Under the pieces are notes generated by a model. That model saw nothing but the letters and a program-made list of their open reading frames with translations, was not told the origin of the DNA and made no database searches. From assembly GCA_013115125.1 (NCBI GenBank), contig JABANN010000193.1, forward strand, positions 1 to 54,827: 54,827 bases of DNA. Reading direction: 5' to 3'. Within the stretch, counting starts at the first letter, position 1. Each line of letters starts with the position of its first letter. A program made the position numbers and the translations under genes. Of the stretch, positions 47,737 through 54,827 are shown piece by piece. Source of the DNA: Perkinsus olseni (Eukaryota).

Positions 47737-50326
47737 ATGAGCATTGTTCGTGCTGTCTTTTTGCCAAAAAGTCTTTGGGTGCCCAGCCAGTTTAATTGCA
47801 CTTCTGTCGTCGGAAATGCCGACTCGGCATCCGCGGACCCGGAGGTCCGGGCTCCATCCATCGGTCTCCCGAGTCGGAAGCTCAGATGGCCTAGCCGTCC
47901 TGGCCAGCGCCGCATTCTAATCTTCTGCTGTCTAGCGATTCGCCACATCAACGGGTTGGGGAGGGTCACATCACCGTGTATCCTTCGATACAGCTTTGTT
48001 TCAAAATGGCAGCACCTCTTCGGTCCTAGGGTAATGCAGCACATCGATGGTCCAAAGCCGAATAGAGCGCGGCCACTCGGTTCTGTGATGCAAGATCTGG
48101 AAGCTGCAGTCCAAACGATCAACTACTACGGATTGGTAGTCCACGCCAGGGAGGATCCTCCCCGCCGGATTGTCATCCTCCTCCTACGACTATTCATTAA
48201 CCGCAGGCTCGCTACACCGCTGCGCAATTGATTGTTACCTGTTTCGATCACGTAACCGCGTGATCTCCTGGCCTTCGTGATCTGCGACACCGAGTGGCTC
48301 TCGAACGCTTACAGTCGGTGGAGGTTCTCTCTAGGCGGATCGAAGCGAAGACGCCTCGAGCTCGGATGAGGAGCTGCTGCGAGATCATCTCCTCGGAGCC
48401 GACAGTATAATGGCAACCACAGAGGGGGCTCTTCTAGAAAGCACCGATGCTGCCTCAATGTACGTTATTATATTTTCTGTGGGGCTCTAGTAGCACGGCA
48501 TTGGCTGCGGAACTGAGAACCATTCCCATCGTCTAAGGTACTTCCAGGCCTTGGAAGCCGTAGCGGATCTGGTCGAGGATTGGTCTGCAGTCTTCAACTC
48601 TCAGCTCCTCCGTCATTCCAGGTGAAGCTCCCGCACTGCGACACGGCTTCACGCATAACCCTTCGTGGGTCCGGCGCCCCGCCTCGATCTCCTGAACCGA
48701 GTTCGGCGGGATCGAAGCGTTCTGACTATCACCTGTTCACCCCGAGTCCTGAGTGTCGATCAGACACGGGCCCGGTTACTACGGTAAACAGGAGTGGGCT
48801 GCACCCCCGGCCAGGCGCGCAAAAGCCCTACTTCTATGGGGTAGGCGTTCCGTGCCAAGCGCTTCTCCGTATCTAGGGCTCGATCGAACTCGTCGCTCCT
48901 CGTATTACTCGCTGTTGAAGTCCATAGACTTCACGGCAGGTGAATCGTCTGCAACTGACGAAGACTTGAGGGACTGTCTCTTAGACGGTGGATGGAAAGT
49001 CGTGGAACATGCAGTCCTCGATTTACGACGTGAAGCAGGTGTCGAGAGACAAGAGAGCCTTCTCTCTTACATTTCACTAGCTCAAGACGCCTCAAAGACG
49101 ATCCCATTGCTCAGACGATGAACCTCTTAGCGCCCGGTCCACTGAGGTTTCCGCCAGAACATCGAGTAGCCTGGCAAGCATTAGGGACCGGTTCACCCTT
49201 GTCACGATGCTGGTGGCCTCCACCGGGTGCCCCCTCAGTGATGAGTTCAACCCTCGAGACTACGACACTGGTAGCAGCATTTGGCGACAGCTCGAATGCA
49301 TAGTGATCTCCTTGCAGTTCCCTGCCTCTCCGTTCCTTTGGGCGTGGAAGCCACCGACCCGACGGCATTATCGGGATACACGAAAGCGGGAAACTTCTAC
49401 CTAGGACTCACCAGGGGCTCGAGGTTCCGCGGCGTCTTGCGATCTTTGACGATTCAGCTTCGCACGGCACTGGAGCATCTCACGGAAGGAGGGACTCTGG
49501 TGAGCTTCGGCAATCTCCTCCTACCATGATGATCACACGGATTATGCAGGTCTTACAATGGCGCGGTGTTGCCCATCATCCGACACTCCTTTTCCTACTC
49601 CGAGGCCTCTCTGGGCACTTTACTAGCGTCAAGCTCAGACTGGATGAAGAGGACACTGAGAATCTCGGTAGCCCTGATGACATAAACCTCGACCCTTGTC
49701 TGCATGAGCGTGCCCTCTCGTCCAGGGATTTATGTGGTCTGCAGCGGGTTCAAGACAACTGGCCGACCGATCGATGCCGAGCTCGAAGAGGATAGTGCGG
49801 AGGGGGCAGACGAGATACCGCGAGCGTCGGGAGAGTTCTCCCTCGTAGACTTCCTGTGAGTTCTCCGGACCCTGCACTCTGTCGAGGTCGGAGTCGTTTC
49901 AGAGACGGTCTGGAGCACACAGACAGTCACGCTGATGATGTGCTGATGTGGACGTTGGACGAGTGGTCTTTGCAGCGCACGTAGGAAGCAACTGCGTCGG
50001 AGATTCTCTCGGGGTATACACCGCTGTAAACGCTGCGAGCTGACTCCTCGCCATGAATGCATGAACGACTGGTTACTGTTGTTGCTGTTCACCGTCGCTC
50101 CTCAGGGTGGACGAATATCGCCGAGACCTTAATTTCGTCTTTTCTTCGCTCGTGCCCCGCCTACGAGAACTCGAAGCTCGAGGTGGAGTGCCAGTAATCG
50201 CTGACCGAGTATGAAGTCCGGCAGCTCTTGCGGGTTAATTTGTCGATTTCAGCTCACCACTCCAGCTCCGTCAGTGAGGTCTCAGGAGGCTCTTTCAGGA
50301 GAGAGCATCGAGACCGCAGAAGGTAA
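47737..50326 (+). CDS. Multi-exon protein with degenerate FtsJ/RrmJ-like (CMTR-type) methyltransferase C-terminal region; ends uncertain
   Basis: Spliced LTIQLRTALEHLTEGGTL|VLQW...LLRGLSGHFTSVKL...NL|GIYVVCSGF matches the FtsJ C-terminal pattern; many GT-AG introns; 5' exons unassigned. Confidence 0.5.
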
Positions 50327-50339
50327 TATCGTCGGTAGT

Positions 50340-51500
50340 CCCAGGCCTCGGGCTCTCCGCGGACACTACATGATCTCGAGACAGGGACTCACCCGGCCCA
50401 ATAACGATTCTCATTTGTTCCGGTGAAGGTACGACCACAGGAGCTGCACATCATACCAGTGGCAAGCACAGTGAGCTGGGCGAGTCAAGCCTTGAAGTTT
50501 CGGCAAGCTACGACTCGTCCCAACTGAGCAGCTCCGTGGTAGGAAGTCTCTGCTGGCTCAACCGGTTCAATGCTGTGTCTGATCCATCAGGATAATGGAG
50601 AGGTTTCGGTAAGGAGGCCCCAGCTGAAAACTAGAAAGCAGAATAAGGACCGCCGCGAAGTGCTGCCGAGGAAGCGAGGTGCGGGTTCATAGGTGGTTCG
50701 TGCATTTCGTGTGCAAATCCAGTAGGTCCGAGACGTCGACAGAATCCCCGGGCAAAAAGGGCACCACAACGACCTGAACGTAGCGTGCAGCTGAACGACT
50801 CACCCTCTCAGCCGAAGCCCCGAACTGTCCCGAGGAGAGAACCACCTGGTGGAATGGCGGCGAAGGTACGGCTGAGCGGTCTTCTGACTCTCTCAGCAAT
50901 ACCTACCCCGTCAGGCTCCGCAGCTGCCACTGCCGGTGATTCCCGCAGCAAAGCGTACTCGAGTAAACCTCGCAGACAAGGTGGGCGTTTGTAACTTCTC
51001 CGCTTTTGCTCCTGTAATTTTACAATGCCCAGACTACTCCGAGCCTCTACAAGCCTCGAGTGTGCAAGCGCCCTCCCTGGGACCCGAGCCCGCTCAGTCA
51101 AGTGAGTCATCGATGTGCACCCTTGCCTCCATCCTCCCTGTGCTTAACTTCAGTTTCACTTTCCATGCAAAACAATATCCATTTCAAACTCGTCCACAAA
51201 ATGAGATCAAATCACATTTTTTGTAATTTCAGAATAACAAATGCGGCTTGCTTAGAGTCGTTCCATACGTATATGAAAATCGACGACAACCTCGCTCGCC
51301 CCGCCAAAATTCTCTCAACCGTCGATTTCAGCATGCTCACAAAAAGGGTCAACATATTATACGTGTATACTGATGATTGATAACAATAATAATCTTTTCT
51401 ATACCATCGTCGACTTGATACTATCTCACTATCGGCTGCCGATCCACTGTGGCTCAGTTGCCGATCGCCCTCTCCTACACTTTCCAAGCCCCCTACCGTC
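50340..51500 (-). CDS. Possible multi-exon hypothetical protein; boundaries unresolved
   Basis: Exon-like minus-strand segments flanked by GT/AG sites and an AT-rich intron-like stretch at ~51020-51400; no recognisable domain. Confidence 0.25.
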
Positions 51501-51925
51501 CTAAAGAGGATACATCAATGGCTGCCAGGAAGGCGTTGGTCGATGCTATTATCGAGCCTACTGGTGCGAGCGCTGAAAGCATTATGGTGAGCTGGGTTCA
51601 TTCTCCAAGCTCCATATGTGGAGGGGAGATTGTCTCGGCATTCAGGCGAGGTATCGTAATCGTGCTTACCGCTGGGCAGTGCAAGGCGATGCAAACACTC
51701 TAAGCTTCGAATCCAGACAGGATCTGGGAGCCTCGCCGCCATAAGCTTCAAATAAGACACGCGGATAATGAGTGAGCGGAGAGTCGCTAAAGCACGACTG
51801 CACCTGGGCTGCACGCATGCACAGACTGAAGTCGATTCCATGTTCCATTCTGTCGTTGAATACTCCGTGATGTTGCGTTACCTAGTACTCTGGTTCAAAC
51901 CTTCTATCTGGGCTAGTACTCTTCC

Positions 51926-53652
51926 ATGTCCTCTCTCCGGCCAACCCCCGGAGTATGCGTAGCCACGCTTATCATGGGTGACACCTCTTACATAGCGGGC
52001 GCGATGGTCATGGCCTATTCGGTTCGGAAACACTGCGCTGGCGGCTCTGTTCCATTTCACACAGTCTGTATAGTAGACCAGAACATGACCGATACCGAGG
52101 CCCTCGATTGCGTGTTCGACCACGTAGTTCGGGTTGAGCCCATATTGGCTGAACCCATGGGGAAGCGCTGGAAGCGCTATGGAGCCCATTATGATTCGTG
52201 GATCGACTCTTGCCTCACCAAACTGCACGTTTTCAATTTGTACAAGCTGGGGTACCAGAAAGTGGTTCTCGTCGATGCTGATGTCTTGGTCGTTGATGAT
52301 CACTTTGCGAGCGTGCTGTCGGCGCCAGCGCCGTCCGGGATTTGCAGCGATGAGCCGAACAAACTTGATGGGAAGCCGAGTCACCTGCGGCCTTTGAAGA
52401 CCGGTGACAAAGTGCCGGCTGCATCACTGAGGAGCGCACTGGCGATATCGTACGGTATGCGAGGATGTCTCATGGTGCTGCCGACTGGTGCTCGCCATTT
52501 CCAACAGAGCCTTCATCGAGTGGCCAAGGAGAAGTCGGAAAAGGAAGGATACGTTGGAAAGTGAGCAAGGGGACAATTTTTGTGTCGGCAGCCATGCCGA
52601 CTTAGCTATAAGCATTGGCTTTAGAGGATCGTCGTTTCATATCCGTGCATCCCCCGAACTCCTTCGTAAACATCATTGATGATACGCATCATCCTTCCCG
52701 GTGTGGTGTGCTCACATTGCCTCATCGGTGTTCTATGAATGCGAAATCGGTGCTTTGCGTAGCCTATCGGCTCATCTCCTCATGGATGTGCATGAGCTGC
52801 CGAACTCACAAATCAAACACATGGCTGTGCACCCTCCTTCCCGGTTTCACATTCTTGTATTACCGGTGTTCTCAAGGTGCTACAAGAAATAGCGCTCACT
52901 TAATGCCGGGTTTCCGTAGGAGACTCCTTCCTGTGCGCGCCGACATCGTCACTGCCAAGTGCCAAAAGCGTATGCTGACGTACACGCGAGTGCATTCAGT
53001 TTGCTGCAGGTGCGGCGATCCGAAATGCAACGCAGGACCTGACGAGTGGCTTCTGAGTGTTCACTTCAAAGGTCAGTGGAGGCACTTGGAGGAAGCGTTC
53101 TGCTGTCGATACTGGCATGCCAAGACTCGAGGTACACCGCGAAGCTGCATCTGTTATCATCATGACAGACGAACGCTCCCATCAGGTGTCACTCCAATAG
53201 CGATACATTTCGTGACTGACAAGCCTTGGAGTCGCACGTCCAAGAAGCACTGGCCTGACTTTGACATCTGGCTGAAGTATGCTCATGCTTGCCTCGGCGA
53301 CGTCCAGAGAGAAGACCAAGCTTCGAGAAGTGGTTACAAGATGTTGGGTGCTGCCATCGAGGTGTGTGAGGAGCGACGACTTCGATCGGCACCGAAGATG
53401 CGCGGTACTCCAGTCGGCCGTCCTGTGAGGGATATGTCGCGAAATAAGAGTGACGGAGTTGACAGCCGATTCGAAAGCAGGAAGAATACTGAAGCACCTC
53501 TTGTGGTCTCTGGCGGATTAACTCGATCGACGGACACCACTGGCCCCGCCAAAGGCAACTCGGCCAAGAAGACATGGAATCGACGTAGGAGACCATTCTA
53601 TCGATCTGCGATTCCCAGGTTAGACGAGGACAAAGAAGGAACTTCGGGGTGA
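51926..53652 (+). CDS. GT8 glycosyltransferase (glycogenin-like), 3 exons
   Basis: ATLIMGDTSYIAGAMVMAYSV, LTKLHVFNL, DxD motif LVDADVLV, GPDEWLL, HFVTDKPW; introns at about 52561-53009 and 53132-53185. Confidence 0.85.
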
Positions 53653-54049
53653 ATTATGCCTTGAGGGTTGGCCTTCTACTTGAGCCCCTCCATCGAGGTT
53701 GACACGTAGGGACAAGCGCGCGATGGGGCACGGGTTGCTTTACGGTTGAAGTATGTACCAGCTACACAATGCTAACGTCATTTGCTGAACCCAGTTGCGT
53801 TGTGTTCTGTAATAAACCATCAGCAAACGAAAGCGGAGTATCCGCGTCTAGAATGCTTGTCGAGGGTTCTCTGAGTGAAACGAAACGCGTTGCAATTGAA
53901 GATTACACTACTTCCAGACCAACTACTGTATTAAGGCCAAAAAAGTGATCGTAAATCTCTAGAGCAATTAGAGGAAACCCGAGACCAAGACAATCCAACC
54001 CACGGCCAAGTTAATTTCATGAGAGATTAATTCAGTTAAGCTTCGCAAA

Positions 54050-54761
54050 AGACGTAAGCGGCTGCAACAGCGGTCTTCTCGCAGATGTGAATGCCTAAGG
54101 CATCTCAGCCTTCAGCAGTCTTTACACTATTCGTGATTCGCATGTAGCTTTCCTCGAGATAGACACTGTCGTCTATTGTGAGTTTCCCTTTCAAGCTCTA
54201 GGTTGGAGTTTTCAGCCAGGTTTAAGCGTCGCACAGACTGCTTTTGGGCCTCACTAATTCTGGGCTGTGCTTCAATTGACCGATCTGGGGCTCTAGTCCG
54301 AAAGTCCGGACCAGGTCTTGACGCGACATACCTCGAACGTGAGAGTATTGAGGATTGATGCGCACTGACTGCCGAGTTCTGCCTTTTATATGTGTGCAGT
54401 GTGTTATGCGCATGACTATGATCACTCCGACGAATCTATCGGCGAGTTGATTGTGGTCACACCCGACTCTCTTGCTCGGGGATTCACCCGAAAGCGAGGT
54501 TGTGTACTTGCGCCGAGTGCATCTATTCTTCCTATTTCTCGCCGCATCATAGCTGTGAGGAGTTATTTTTAGACCGGGATGTTTCGCGACATGAGGATGA
54601 CCGTCGCACGTGCTATGGAATATCACAGTCCGAATGGTAAGGTGCTGAATCCTAAGGCTGGTGATGCTGTATTGATCTATCATCCCGGAACGAAGCTCAG
54701 TCCCGGTTATCGTCTGGGTCACGTGAAGGATGTCATGGACGAGGGACAAAGGTTGCCGTAG
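54050..54761 (+). mobile_element. Degenerate LTR-retrotransposon integrase C-terminal remnant (BEL/Pao DUF5641-like)
   Basis: Broken frames read ESIED*CALTAEFCLLY / ELIVVTPDSLARGF / RSYF*..FRDMR / NPKAGDAVLIYHP...YRLGHVKDV, the order seen after the integrase core; in-frame stops and a frameshift. Confidence 0.55.
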
Positions 54762-54766
54762 CCCTA

Positions 54767-54810
54767 CATCTGTACGTATTTTCATCCGTACGTATTGACA
54801 TCTGTACGTA
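54767..54810. repeat. 16-bp period tandem repeat, 3 copies of CATCYGTACGTA
   Basis: CATCTGTACGTA at 54767, CATCCGTACGTA at 54783, CATCTGTACGTA at 54799. Confidence 0.8.
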
Positions 54811-54827
54811 CAAATCGTCGCGCGCCA

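Noticed and set aside
51670-51730. tRNA-like TTCGAATCC motif
   Set aside because: No acceptor stem or cloverleaf could be built around it
52615-53009. N-terminal part of the 345-aa ORF 52615-53652
   Set aside because: Lies inside the first GT8 intron; only the part after the acceptor at 53009 carries GT8 motifs

Overview
Eukaryotic, intron-rich genomic DNA with many short GT-AG introns, so the ORF track only shows exon fragments. Gene content, compact spacing and tandem paralogues look like a Perkinsus-type alveolate (inference; no taxonomic marker seen). Genes were reconstructed by hand-splicing. A + strand block (627-10783) holds two intronless SLC37/GlpT-like MFS transporters, a NudC/CS-domain protein, a CWF19L1-like protein and a BTB protein. 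A ~36 kb - strand block (11108-46900) holds a helical-repeat (HPR/RAP-like) protein, four tandem M1 aminopeptidases (one broken by a deletion), a BT1 folate/biopterin transporter, a gene-poor decayed-retroelement-like tract, a SYP7-like SNARE, a two-RRM hnRNP-like protein, a bacterial-type DUF1015 protein and an MLO-like membrane protein fused to EF-hands. A degenerate FtsJ-like methyltransferase, a GT8 glycosyltransferase and an LTR-integrase remnant follow. Most notable: the MLO-EF-hand fusion and the diversifying, gene-converting M1 aminopeptidase array. Exon boundaries and family calls rest on motif recognition only; no searches were run.
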